Shown here piece by piece: positions 55,301 through 64,000 of a stretch of DNA of 64,000 nucleotides. Numbering within the stretch: the stretch's first letter is position 1; every line of letters starts with the position of its first letter. This DNA is from a virus (Duplodnaviria > Caudoviricetes). Made by a program: the position numbers and the translations under genes. The notes beneath the pieces are model-generated. The model was given only the letters and a program-made list of their open reading frames with translations. It did not search any database and was not told the origin of the DNA. The stretch is from positions 1,685 to 65,684 of IMG/VR virus record IMGVR_UViG_3300036760_000139, one strand, 5' to 3'.

Positions 55301-58300
55301 CGAGACCCTCAAGGGCCGATACGTCAAGCGCGAGCGCGGCTACATCCTCCCCAAGAGCAAGGAGGCAAAGGTTCGCGCCGCACTGGACGCGGCACTTACA
55401 CCCCCGCCCCCTGCGGCAGCAGCCATCACCCCGGCAGAGGTGCCCGTCAAGCAACCGTGGGAGATGACGCGGGAAGAATGGTTGCGCGAGGTCAATGCGG
55501 CAAAGATTAACTTCACCGGCACTGGCGGTGAGGGGGAATATGGCATGGGCCGGGTTACAAAGGAAGGAAACTTCAACACCGGGGTGGATCGGTTGCGGTT
55601 TCTACGCGACAATTTGCCGGACCATCACGATGTTGAGGGCTTGCAGTATCCAGCGGATCATCAGGAGGTTGTTGCTAAGGCCCTTTCCGAAGGAAAACCT
55701 GTCCCCCCCGAAGTCCTAACCGAGTACCCTGACCTTAAGAATGTTAACAAGAATGTAACAAAACCCGAAATTGCTAACATTCTTCCACCCGCAGTTTCAC
55801 CCATAGTCGAAAAGACAGGCGAGCAAATTCCACCCCCGAAAGTTCCTGCCGTCGAATCCGAGGCCGTCACCGCCGCCATCGCCTCCTACCAGCGCAAGAC
55901 CCCGACTGACGTGTCGGGGGTTCGCGCGCGCCGGGACAAGCTAGAGATTCGGCAGGAAGAGATCAACCGCCCGCTGGAAACGCTCAAGAAGGACTACGAG
56001 GCGCGACGGAGGGGGAGCAAGACCCGGGAGGCGGCACAGAAGCGGTACACGACTGCGGTGACCGCCGCCGACGAGGAGATGCGCGGCATCGGCATGGAGC
56101 TGGGCAGCCTTCGCAAACAAAGTTACGATGCCAGTCTCGAAAACGCGCTTCTCGCCGACCCACAGCGCGAACTCAATGTTGACGACGCAGAGTTGTCGAG
56201 ACTCGGCGCGGCGATGAGACTACTGCCAAAGGGCGCCGCAGACGCGGCCCGGCGCCTTGCAACCGAGAGGCTCCGGGTCGTAGCCGAGAAGGAGTCGGCG
56301 GGCAAGTCCACTCCCGAGGAGATCGAACAGGCTACCGAGGATGGCGTGAGGTCTCTGGAATCGTTGCCCCTCATGTCGGCGGATCAGCACCGAGGGGCCA
56401 TCATCAACAGTCTTGTCGGAGACCGTCGCGAGCGGATCAAGGAAGCGACGAAGGACGACCCTGACCTCGAGGCCGAGGGCCACGGCTATGGCGGCAGGAA
56501 GTGGCAGCAGGATCTCAAGGCCGCTGGCAGCATGAAGGACCTGGACGGAACCGAACTGGAGATCGCGGATGCCCGCCCGCGCGGGGCCGCGATCCTGGTC
56601 AAACAAGAAGCCGACCGCAAGGCCACCGACCTCGCTGAGCAGAAGCGCGTGGAGAACCTGCGCCGTCCGCTGCCCGAGGGGGTCCGGGAGTTCTCCTACA
56701 AGCTCACGAAAGCCGAGCATCAGGCGCTCGACGAAGCGGATCTTGGGGGGGAGCATGCGGCGGTTGTTTTGTATGGAACGAGGGGACACGCACAGCACGA
56801 GAAGGCGGTAGCCCGCCTCCGTTCTCGCGGACTCATCGCCCCCGACTCGCCGTTCTTGACTCCGCGTGGCGAGGATGTCGCCCGCGCCATCCAGCAAGAG
56901 CGCATGGGCCTGCCCTACGACCAGCGCCCCGGCATCAACTGGGTGCCGCCCGATCCCGCCGCAATGACTAAGGGATGGGAGGGAGTTGCTGGCAAGGCCG
57001 TCGGTGGACTCTTCGCAGACAAGAACGGCGATCCCTGGATCACCGACGGGTATTTCCTTGTGCGGGCGAAACCTGGAACGAAGGTCCCCGAGGGACCGGC
57101 ACCCGAGATCGGGCCAATCGTCAACGTCACCAAGGCGGACCTCGATCCTGTTAGCGGGTCGGTTGCATGGTATCGCACGCGGGTCCGCGACAACGTCATC
57201 CTGTCCAACGGGTTGATAGTGAATGCCGATCTCCTAGCCGCCGTCCTCGGTAAGGAAGGCGGAGACCTCTACCATCGGAAGACCGACACGGGCCAGCCGC
57301 TCGAGACCAGCACCGGGCTCTACGTCCTGCGCGGAGATCAGGTCCACGGCGTCATCATGCCGATTCGGGTTGACGGCACGCAAGACCTCCCCGAGAACTA
57401 CCGCTGGATGTGGGAGGACGGCAAGATCCACGAGCGCGACCTGACGAAAGCACCTGCGGGCGAAGTCCCGGCTCTGGAGCCGACCGAGGACGGTGGGGTG
57501 CAGGAGTCGCTTCCCTTCGAGGGCGTCGGGACTGAACCCCTTTTGCGGAAAGCCACTCTACCGACCGAACGCATCCCCGTCGCCCCACTCCCCGGGGGCA
57601 CCGAGGGCGAGACCGGCCAGCTCATCCCGACCCTCGCCAAGTCACTTGCCCGCCGGATTCGCGTCGCCAAGATGAAGCGCGGGCGGCTCGGCCAGTACGA
57701 ACCGTCGAGCACCGCGACCAGCATCCGGTATCAAGGCGACCTTGCGACTACCTCACACGAGATCGGCCACGACCTTGACGATGCCTACGGGATCACCCCG
57801 TTGTTCTCGTCGGGTCAGTACGATGCCGAGCTCAAGCCGTTCTGGAATCTCGGGACCAAGATCCCGGCCAGCAAGCCCAATGCCATCGTCCTCCGCCGTC
57901 AGGAGGGGTGGGCCGAGTTCCTGCGCGCGATGATCGGGAATCCCGACGAGACACGCACGCAGGCCCCGAAGCTGGCGAAGGTCTACGACGAGCGACTTCC
58001 GACGCAGGTCCGTACGATTCTCGGCAACTACTCCGACGGGGTGCGTAGGTTTGCTGGATTGTCGCCCGAGGAGATGGTGCGGAGCAACGTCGAGATGGAG
58101 GCCGCCACCCGCACTCAGCGACTCCGTCAGGATCTCGCGGGCACCGGCTATGAGTTCAACACGATGGGGTGGGCCGACAAGCTCGGCTCCAAGATCATCG
58201 ACGACCTCGGACGAGTGACGAAGGGGATCGAGACGGCGAAGGAGTTGCGTGGTATTGACCGTCTCCTGCCACAGAACGACCCCGCCATCCTCATCCGCAA

Positions 58301-60686
58301 CTGGTTCGGATGGACCGAAGAGCGGTTTGTGGATATACTTGCAAATGGCGTGCCAATCTACGATAAGTACCGGGAGCGGGCCACCGGGCCGTTCGCCGAC
58401 ATCTTCGAGTCCCTGGACAACTCGCATGCCGACAAACTCCAGGCGGACTACCGTGACACGGTGGCCCTGTTGCTCGCCGAGCGGGTTGGCGAGAAAGCCG
58501 GGTTCATCGACGCCGAGACTCAAGCCAAGATCGACCAGTGGGATGAGGCGGTCGCCGATGGCAGGATGAAAGTTGAGCGCCGTGATGCGGCGGTGGCCCG
58601 GCTGAAGAAGATCACCGAAGCCCGCAAGGGGCGGCTCGCCGGGTGGGGTCACGGCGTCTACTCGGATACGGAAATTGCAGCATCGGCCATCGAAAACCTC
58701 AAGCGCGACCCGGAACGGTTTGCCAGGCTCCAGAAGACCGCCGACGCCTACCGCAAGTGGGCCAACGCCACGCTCCGGTACAACGTGGACTCCGGCCGCA
58801 TGTCCGAGGAGTCCTTCGCGCAGATCAAGGCGCGGAACCAGCAGTATGCGGCGATGCACCGCGTCGCCTCGGAGATCGACCCCAATTACCAGACCGGGGG
58901 CCGGGCCGGGGGCCGGAAACTCGGGACACCGACGGAGACCGTCCAGAAGTTCACCGGCTCGACCAAGAAACTCGGGAATCCGATTGTCAACCTCATGATG
59001 CAGACGGCGGCCATCCTCCGCGAGGCCGAGCGCAATGCCGGGGTCCGCGCGTTCACCGACATCCTCACCAGCCCGCGCAAGATGGGCGAGGGCACACCGA
59101 TCCCCTTGGAGCAGATTGGGCGACGGGTCAAGGAGGGGACCAAGGACGCGATCACCGTATGGGTCAATGGGAAGCCCCAGGCGTGGCAGTTTGAGGAAGG
59201 GTTGCACGCAGAGTTACAGGCCCTTGGCAAGTTGCCGATGACCCCGGCGGTCCTCCGGGTGCCTGCCAGTATTCTGCGGTGGTCGGTGGTTCACAGTCCT
59301 CCATTCCAAATCCGCAACGCGATCCGCGACGCCCTTGAGAGGTTCCGGGTGTCGGACGTGAATTCATTGCCGTGGGACACGCTGAAGGGCTACACCAAGG
59401 AGCAACTCTCCGACTACCTGCGGGCCGGCGGCGCTACGGGTTGGTACTTCCACGACCGCACTCGCTACGCACTCAAACTCAAGGAGACACTCGACGACCT
59501 GGCCAAGGACGAGACCACGATTCTCGCCTCCTTCCACAGTCTACGGCGCGGAGCCGAGCGTTTCTACCGGGGGTCGGAGCTCATCGGCCGGATGGCCGAG
59601 TACCGCAGGGCATTCGTCTATGGCAAGGAAAAGCTCGGGTACGACGACTACAATGCCTCGCTGTTTGCTGCGAATAAGGCGCGCGGGCTCATGGACTTCA
59701 ACACTGCGGGCTCGTGGATCAGGTGGGTGAATCAGATCATCCCATTCACCAACCCATCGGTTCGTGGTGTCGTCCGCAACCTCCAGGCAATGCAGCAGCA
59801 TCCAGGAAGGTTCCTGGCTGCGTGGGCCGCCTCCATCCTCATCCCCAAGCTCATCGAGTATCTGTGGAACTCGACGGGCGATGACGCCGAGGAGTACCGA
59901 CAACTCCCGGACTATCAGCGGGACCTGTTCTTCAATTTCAAGATCGCGCCGAATCTCTGGCTCCGCATCCCCCTCGGGTTTGAGGTGGCGGTGTGGGGTG
60001 GGTCAGTGACCCGGGCCATCGACTACGCGCGGGGAAACAAGAACGCATTCGACGGGCACATCGGGCAACTGATGAGAGCTACGTTGCCCCTCGATGAGAC
60101 TGCCCTTGCCGGGCCGTTCCGCGGGATCGTACAGATGGCACTCAACTACGACCTGTTCCGCAACCAGCACATCATCCCGGCATGGGAAGAGGGTAAGGAC
60201 GTTCGGTTGCGGGACACCAGCCGCGGCTCGCGCCTTGGTCAGGCGGTCCAGCAGGTTCTCGGTGTGGATGCCCGGAAAGTGGACTTCCTGCTCGTGGAGT
60301 CCCTTGGCGATCTCGGGCGGTACATCCAGGAGGCGTCGAACGTTGGGCGGGCAGAGAAACGTCCGCACACGACCGCCGACATTCTGCGGCAGGTGGGCGC
60401 GGTGTTCGCCACGTCACCCGCTGGCCAGGCCAAGGACGTGCAGGCGATCTTCGACACTGCACAACGGGCCGGCATGGAACAGGACAAGCAGGTGGCGCAC
60501 CTCCGCGGCCTACTGAAGCAAGCCTATGAATCGCCCACGGACAAGGAGCGCGACGCCCTCTTGAAGCGAGTGCGCGAGTACGCGACCAGAATCCGGCCGT
60601 TGATCGAGAGACGGGCTGAGCAGGCCATACAAACCAAGGGACAGAAGATGCAACGCAAGATGTACGGGGCAGAAGCCACCGACTAG
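52380..60686 (+). CDS. Giant polyvalent/internal virion protein (2768 aa) with an LPD38-like C-terminus
   Basis: HEIGH and EGWAEF zincin-like motif; DF...G, PF.N, RIP.GFE C-terminal pattern; two KQPWEM...GKPVP.EVL repeats. Confidence 0.8.
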   Translation: MPRFLGELPTWPEVEEELKKRQADPATIATVRTKYWADYASTEEIKALPPIHVEATRSRFFQQPVTPDEPRLSLIEKAAALISPPGPPPATPVAALPPTAPPLVAARQPIQGWTAEQMMGQLAAGQAPAIAPPSEVPPLATSHRPPLPGPMNVAEAVVAPGTGRTMAELAAPPARVPVNPVSEAATVAEDVARSVGSALTSLAAIQPGVQERAFGDLRRLVGAGAPAAEYETVNVEGPNGKVISVRRRKAVIRGPETGGERMRATAESLEANAPVPETKAGKIAAETGRAGAGFLKAAPVIALASVLSKTPAAAFAPELAGFLLGSLEAYGSGAGAREVGKTGLGGATQMALYRAGRWTGGKATGGLIAQLANRMPAATAKAAPLIEAAGGALGAGVTTTAGAVAEGMDFGQSIKEVGVPMVVASFLADMAGLPNPVKRGAKVLQRIGLSAKEARDASATVIGLAQAGDAEGAAMTLQDILESAARRRRGEVRPPEGPPLPAEAPPRPPTAPPQAPQQPPTPPQEVVNASAIRTHQGQRVPEAAQEGPQAQGGAQEGQGDRGAHLEQAPPRGPEPVVEGGKGPVQEVAKQPWEMSRDEWNAATRFYRSGKTKNAQLPTGQRVILTNESTAGNFLKQSGPFLETLRRQTVEAALRQGKPVPSEVLTELGLAPAVEKVGTSAEVPIVSPVKTTAATEQPPEHVVRALQKPWRVVSDSVITKTKEQAKETLREAIANGTVTRDTPVRLTDTRELHNLATSGELAEEKSAQIVVGENGEVLPIMGYGHGISAAIILPEGYSRKAAGLEHAQPNEVKIDPKAPAGEMQFIVAGYKRLLTYAELAELIETGKLAALEQAAALHGEKPEIILKGGEILPGEPAAVPGPEVGTPKAAGREPGGLHPTAGEVGIQGGGPAVGAEGTITPGAAPAPPPVPQAVAEVAPAVQSYTIEPASYAKNAIIVRIQGGAEGFKGPLHDAIETLKGRYVKRERGYILPKSKEAKVRAALDAALTPPPPAAAAITPAEVPVKQPWEMTREEWLREVNAAKINFTGTGGEGEYGMGRVTKEGNFNTGVDRLRFLRDNLPDHHDVEGLQYPADHQEVVAKALSEGKPVPPEVLTEYPDLKNVNKNVTKPEIANILPPAVSPIVEKTGEQIPPPKVPAVESEAVTAAIASYQRKTPTDVSGVRARRDKLEIRQEEINRPLETLKKDYEARRRGSKTREAAQKRYTTAVTAADEEMRGIGMELGSLRKQSYDASLENALLADPQRELNVDDAELSRLGAAMRLLPKGAADAARRLATERLRVVAEKESAGKSTPEEIEQATEDGVRSLESLPLMSADQHRGAIINSLVGDRRERIKEATKDDPDLEAEGHGYGGRKWQQDLKAAGSMKDLDGTELEIADARPRGAAILVKQEADRKATDLAEQKRVENLRRPLPEGVREFSYKLTKAEHQALDEADLGGEHAAVVLYGTRGHAQHEKAVARLRSRGLIAPDSPFLTPRGEDVARAIQQERMGLPYDQRPGINWVPPDPAAMTKGWEGVAGKAVGGLFADKNGDPWITDGYFLVRAKPGTKVPEGPAPEIGPIVNVTKADLDPVSGSVAWYRTRVRDNVILSNGLIVNADLLAAVLGKEGGDLYHRKTDTGQPLETSTGLYVLRGDQVHGVIMPIRVDGTQDLPENYRWMWEDGKIHERDLTKAPAGEVPALEPTEDGGVQESLPFEGVGTEPLLRKATLPTERIPVAPLPGGTEGETGQLIPTLAKSLARRIRVAKMKRGRLGQYEPSSTATSIRYQGDLATTSHEIGHDLDDAYGITPLFSSGQYDAELKPFWNLGTKIPASKPNAIVLRRQEGWAEFLRAMIGNPDETRTQAPKLAKVYDERLPTQVRTILGNYSDGVRRFAGLSPEEMVRSNVEMEAATRTQRLRQDLAGTGYEFNTMGWADKLGSKIIDDLGRVTKGIETAKELRGIDRLLPQNDPAILIRNWFGWTEERFVDILANGVPIYDKYRERATGPFADIFESLDNSHADKLQADYRDTVALLLAERVGEKAGFIDAETQAKIDQWDEAVADGRMKVERRDAAVARLKKITEARKGRLAGWGHGVYSDTEIAASAIENLKRDPERFARLQKTADAYRKWANATLRYNVDSGRMSEESFAQIKARNQQYAAMHRVASEIDPNYQTGGRAGGRKLGTPTETVQKFTGSTKKLGNPIVNLMMQTAAILREAERNAGVRAFTDILTSPRKMGEGTPIPLEQIGRRVKEGTKDAITVWVNGKPQAWQFEEGLHAELQALGKLPMTPAVLRVPASILRWSVVHSPPFQIRNAIRDALERFRVSDVNSLPWDTLKGYTKEQLSDYLRAGGATGWYFHDRTRYALKLKETLDDLAKDETTILASFHSLRRGAERFYRGSELIGRMAEYRRAFVYGKEKLGYDDYNASLFAANKARGLMDFNTAGSWIRWVNQIIPFTNPSVRGVVRNLQAMQQHPGRFLAAWAASILIPKLIEYLWNSTGDDAEEYRQLPDYQRDLFFNFKIAPNLWLRIPLGFEVAVWGGSVTRAIDYARGNKNAFDGHIGQLMRATLPLDETALAGPFRGIVQMALNYDLFRNQHIIPAWEEGKDVRLRDTSRGSRLGQAVQQVLGVDARKVDFLLVESLGDLGRYIQEASNVGRAEKRPHTTADILRQVGAVFATSPAGQAKDVQAIFDTAQRAGMEQDKQVAHLRGLLKQAYESPTDKERDALLKRVREYATRIRPLIERRAEQAIQTKGQKMQRKMYGAEATD
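53962..54141 (+). CDS. Overprinted 59-aa basic protein (QYEHI...AKEIAART.NK, ChaB-like) nested in the +1 frame
   Basis: SD AGGAGG 6 nt before the ATG; family-like motif; host frame is low-complexity here. Confidence 0.7.
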   Translation: MPAQYEHIRDSEYRRLRKKGLKHKAALKKAKEIAARTWNKRHPEDPNPWSREAKDLFKK

Positions 60687-60707
60687 GCGCCGTACACAGA
60701 GGGGAAC

Positions 60708-60983
60708 ATGGCAGAAAACAACAAACTGAACGGCTGGCTCAAACTCCTGGGAATGCTTGTGTCCTTGTTCGTTTCCATACTCGCGATGTTCTTCACGATG
60801 GTCAAACCTGCCGTCGGGACCGCCGTTGCCGAACAGGTCAAGGTTGAAACCGTTCGGCGGGAGGATGCCATATCGAAAACCGTGGCCTGGGGCACTGAAG
60901 AACACAAGCAGATAGAGAACCGCCTGGACAGGCGGTTAGATCGCATGGAGTCCAAGATGGACCGCTTGCTGGAGCGGCGATGA
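60708..60983 (+). CDS. Holin/antiholin-like membrane protein
   Basis: One TM helix plus coiled coil, coupled to the endolysin gene. Confidence 0.55.
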   Translation: MAENNKLNGWLKLLGMLVSLFVSILAMFFTMVKPAVGTAVAEQVKVETVRREDAISKTVAWGTEEHKQIENRLDRRLDRMESKMDRLLERR

Positions 60984-61519
60984 GGCCGGTCCTCGACTTC
61001 AAGAACGCATCCAACCGCGAGCAGGTGAAGGCGTCCGCGCTGCGCTTCGGGCTTGAGCCGGAGCTGGTTGCCGCCCTCGTCATGCAGGAGTCCGGGGGCA
61101 AGTCCGACGCCTGGAACCCCGAGCCCCGCTATCAGTGGTTTTGGGATGTGAAAGCCCAAAGGCCCTTTCGGAGGGTCACGCAGGCAGAGGTCGCGTCGAA
61201 GTTCCCGCCGGCCGACTTCCCGTGCCGGGCCGGGGACCGCGATCAAGAATGGTGGGGCCAGCAGGCGTCATGGGGACTCCTTCAGATCATGGGGGCTTGC
61301 GCCCGCGAGGCTGGCTGCCATCTTGAGTACCTGCCGGGCCTGTGCGATCCGACCGAGGGCCTGGAGTGGGGCTGCCGGTGGCTTGCCAAGCTGGTGAGCC
61401 GGTTCGCGGCGGGTGCCGTGAGTGCCTACAACGCCGGTCATCCACAACCCGGAAGTGTATACGAGCAGGGTGTTTTGGCCTGGAGAGACAAACTTCGTCC
61501 GCTGTTCGTTTCCACCTGA
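60980..61519 (+). CDS. Lytic transglycosylase (SLT) endolysin
   Basis: LVAALVMQESGG, SWGLLQIMG, AYNAG. Confidence 0.9.
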   Translation: MRPVLDFKNASNREQVKASALRFGLEPELVAALVMQESGGKSDAWNPEPRYQWFWDVKAQRPFRRVTQAEVASKFPPADFPCRAGDRDQEWWGQQASWGLLQIMGACAREAGCHLEYLPGLCDPTEGLEWGCRWLAKLVSRFAAGAVSAYNAGHPQPGSVYEQGVLAWRDKLRPLFVST

Positions 61520-61566
61520 GTAACGTAACGCCGGGTGTTCGTTTTCCTCGGCGATTCCGTCCAAGT

Positions 61567-61642
61567 GTGGCCGTAGCTCAATTGGTAGAGCGGCAGACTG
61601 TGGCTCTGCTGGTTCGGGATTCGAGGTCCCGCGGCCACCCCA
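61567..61642 (+). tRNA. tRNA-His (GTG)
   Basis: GTGGCCG/CGGCCAC, C73, GCAGA-CTGTGGC-TCTGC, CCA. Confidence 0.9.
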
Positions 61643-61731
61643 AAACACGGGCAAACAGCCCCCGGGCGAGTAACCCGGGCCCGGCGACCCCGTAGACGCC
61701 TCGGACCCGTAGGCGGGAGTCGTCCTCTTCT

Positions 61732-61784
61732 CACACGTAATCTAGTGTGACACCCTTGACGTGTGCCCCTCTCGGCCCCATTGT
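61732..61784 (+). promoter_or_regulatory. Palindrome-linked promoter, second identical copy
   Basis: CACACGTAATCTAGTGTGACACCCTTGAC, then TTGACG-17-CATTGT. Confidence 0.7.
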
Positions 61785-61826
61785 TAGCGGTGGGCGAGAG
61801 GCATGACGTTGGCCCAAGGAGGCTAC

Positions 61827-62978
61827 GTGGCGAGACCCTGGATGACTCCAGAGGTAGTTGAGAAAGCACGGCAGTTGGTTCGCGGGGGAGATGGGCGGTA
61901 CAGGCTGATGAAAAACCTCGGTCTCAGCGAGGACAAGGTTAGGACATTGCTCGCCGAGGTGAAACGGGGGGGCGAACCGATCACCGAGACGGCTCCCATC
62001 GTCCCGCCCACCAGCGAACTTGCGACGGCGATCAGCGATTCGATCCGGGCGCTTCCCGCGCTCCAGGTGAAGCGCATTGTGCGGAAGGTGGACCCCGAGC
62101 TCGACGAGGAGGATGTGATTCTCCACGTCTCTGATTGTCACGTCGGGTCTCTTGTCTCCGCGACCCAAACCGGAGGACTCGGCCATTACGACTTCGAGGT
62201 GTTCACCGAGCGCATGGAGCGACTGTGTTCCGGTGTCGCCAAGATCCTGCGCTATACCCCGAACCCGGTCAAGCGGGTCCACCTGGTACTCGGCGGGGAC
62301 ATCATCGACGGCTCGACCATCTTTTGCGGTCAGCAGCGCCAGATCGACTTGCCGGTGGTGCAACAGGTGATCCACGCATACGAGGCGTTCGTCCGCCTGA
62401 TTCTCGACTTGCGCGCGATGTTCGATGAGGTGGTGGTGTCCGGGGTGCCCGGCAATCACGCGCGGATCGGACTCAAGGGCGAACTGGCACCCAACGACAA
62501 TCTCGATTACCTGATGATGCACTTCCTCCGGGAACGTTTCCAGCTCTCCGAAATTGAGGGTGTTCGCTTCAACCTGCCCGAAACCTGGTGGATGCTGCTC
62601 GAGGCCCAGGGGTGGCGGTTCCTGGTCGCGCACGGCGACGAGTTTCGGTCATGGCTACGGATTCCGTTCTACGGGGCGCTCGGGTTCAAGGCGCGAATGC
62701 GCGAGGTACTCAAGCAGGCGTTCAAAAAGGTGTCGGGCGAGAGTGTTGACTTCGACTACGTGATGGTCGCTCACCACCATGAGCCGGCCAGCTTCTCGGA
62801 CATCTTTATGAACGGTAGCTTTGTCGGCGGCTCGGAGTTTTCGCTCAAACGACTCCAGGCCGGCGGCCTTCCGTTCCAAAGGATTCTCGGCGTTCATCGC
62901 AACATTGGCGTGAGCTGGGATCGCAAACTGATTCTGGCCGACCGCCGCGAACTTCCGGAACCGACCATCTACCAGTAG
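61827..62978 (+). CDS. Calcineurin-like metallophosphoesterase with an N-terminal HTH-like region
   Basis: SDCHVG, GDIIDG, GNH, HGD, AHHH, NGS; SD GGAGG. Confidence 0.85.
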   Translation: MARPWMTPEVVEKARQLVRGGDGRYRLMKNLGLSEDKVRTLLAEVKRGGEPITETAPIVPPTSELATAISDSIRALPALQVKRIVRKVDPELDEEDVILHVSDCHVGSLVSATQTGGLGHYDFEVFTERMERLCSGVAKILRYTPNPVKRVHLVLGGDIIDGSTIFCGQQRQIDLPVVQQVIHAYEAFVRLILDLRAMFDEVVVSGVPGNHARIGLKGELAPNDNLDYLMMHFLRERFQLSEIEGVRFNLPETWWMLLEAQGWRFLVAHGDEFRSWLRIPFYGALGFKARMREVLKQAFKKVSGESVDFDYVMVAHHHEPASFSDIFMNGSFVGGSEFSLKRLQAGGLPFQRILGVHRNIGVSWDRKLILADRRELPEPTIYQ

Positions 62979-62986
62979 GGGGGTGC

Positions 62987-63202
62987 ATGGCAATCATCTC
63001 GACGTACTCGGAGATCACCGACGAGACCTTCTGTAACGTGACGTTGTTCGAGGACGAGGCCCCGGTGATGGTTCACGTCTCAGTGAGCGGCTCGGAACCG
63101 CTCAGGCTGACCGTGTTCGAGGCGGTTGCCGTGCGTGAGGCGCTTGACGAAGCCCTGGACCTGTTCCTAGACGAGGGCGACGAAGAGGAGACGGTGCATT
63201 GA
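62987..63202 (+). CDS. Acidic hypothetical protein
   Basis: Operon spacing. Confidence 0.55.
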   Translation: MAIISTYSEITDETFCNVTLFEDEAPVMVHVSVSGSEPLRLTVFEAVAVREALDEALDLFLDEGDEEETVH

Positions 63203-63549
63203 GTCACAAGTTGTGGAACCCCCGCAAGTGGCTTGACGCTCACGGCAAAAAGGTCCGGGTATGTTTTGTCGATGGGAGCAAGGACAAGGACCTGGAGTTC
63301 GGCAAACTCGGCGGATGCTGTCTGCATACCATCGGCGGCCGGCCCAGGTGGACCATCAAGATCGACACGAGTGAATCCAAGGCGAATCAACGGCTCTGGC
63401 TTTTGCACGAGTTAGAACACATCGCGGACGACATTGCGGGGGACCTGATGCCGGAAGAAGTGATCCGGGTCGAGTCACAAATCCTGTTCGACATCCTCGA
63501 TGCCAACCGCGGGGTCGCTTCATGGATCGCGGGGGACGGTGATCCATGA
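63199..63549 (+). CDS. Minimal HExxH zincin-like protein
   Basis: LLHELEH...EE. Confidence 0.65.
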   Translation: MSHKLWNPRKWLDAHGKKVRVCFVDGSKDKDLEFGKLGGCCLHTIGGRPRWTIKIDTSESKANQRLWLLHELEHIADDIAGDLMPEEVIRVESQILFDILDANRGVASWIAGDGDP

Positions 63550-63977
63550 AGATGAAGATGCTGATACTCGTGCTTGTCGGGGTCGCCCTCGTGGCGGCCT
63601 CTTCGTTTAAGTGTGGCGCCCCAAAGACTCCCGTGCGCCCGATCTCGCCACCGGAGTCCGTTTTCGGGTTCCGGCCCGGTGACGCCAGGATCGACCCCGC
63701 CTTTGTGGACCTCGATGGCGATGGGCGACCGGAGTACATCCTCGTCCTCAAGTATGAGAAGACCAGGAGCGGCGAGGGTTACACGCAGGGAAACTGCAAC
63801 ACCGCCTACACCGTCGAGGCGGCCCTGGTTGTGCCTGGCTCCAATGGGAACAGGGGGCGATCCTGGTTCTGGTGCGCGACAGAACTTCCCCATGACTGGC
63901 CGGGAACCGCGTCGGTGATTCGGGTTGAGGGTGGCAAGGTCTACATCAAAGACAACCTCTTGCGGTGGCTCCCGTGA
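63546..63977 (+). CDS. Exported/membrane-anchored protein
   Basis: Signal peptide; DLDGDGRPE calcium-loop-like motif. Confidence 0.6.
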   Translation: MKMKMLILVLVGVALVAASSFKCGAPKTPVRPISPPESVFGFRPGDARIDPAFVDLDGDGRPEYILVLKYEKTRSGEGYTQGNCNTAYTVEAALVVPGSNGNRGRSWFWCATELPHDWPGTASVIRVEGGKVYIKDNLLRWLP

Positions 63978-64000
63978 GAGTCGTTCGCGTTGTTCTGCTG

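Noticed and set aside
41539-59207. Long antisense ORFs (e.g. 41539-42972, 57753-59207)
   Set aside because: Shadow frames of high-GC genes with no motifs or ribosome-binding sites
1-64000. Stop-codon reassignment
   Set aside because: Core genes are intact under the standard code and end in TAA, TAG and TGA; no suppressor tRNA

Overview
The window is almost certainly most of one temperate, high-GC tailed-phage genome with podovirus-like morphology and a diderm host (it encodes spanins). It begins and ends inside the lysis region, which suggests a near-complete circularly permuted genome. Gene order: spanins, tRNA-Arg(CCT) and a candidate attP, tyrosine integrase, CI-like repressor divergent from an RHH-Xis fusion, recombination/replication genes (ERF, PD-(D/E)XK exonuclease, RNA ligase, initiator), a repeat-bounded cassette array, DNA methyltransferases, and an inverted early-gene operon. 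These are followed by TerS, a large terminase split into two genes around an RNA-rich island, portal, two 'bead-on-a-rope' fibre modules, capsid, tail and ejection genes, a 2768-aa polyvalent protein, endolysin, tRNA-His and a phosphoesterase operon. Most notable: (1) a rope protein carrying two copies of the C-terminal peptide that is missing from the adjacent beta-helix protein (possible peptide-docking fibre assembly); (2) the split terminase enclosing a ~380-nt highly structured non-coding segment and atypical tRNAs; (3) a lone anticodon stem-loop attP candidate plus a full replacement tRNA; (4) a palindrome-linked promoter regulon next to an Ogr-like zinc finger; (5) small genes overprinted within the giant gene; (6) a 55-bp out-of-frame copy of an ejection-gene segment. 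All calls come from reading motifs by eye; no searches were run.
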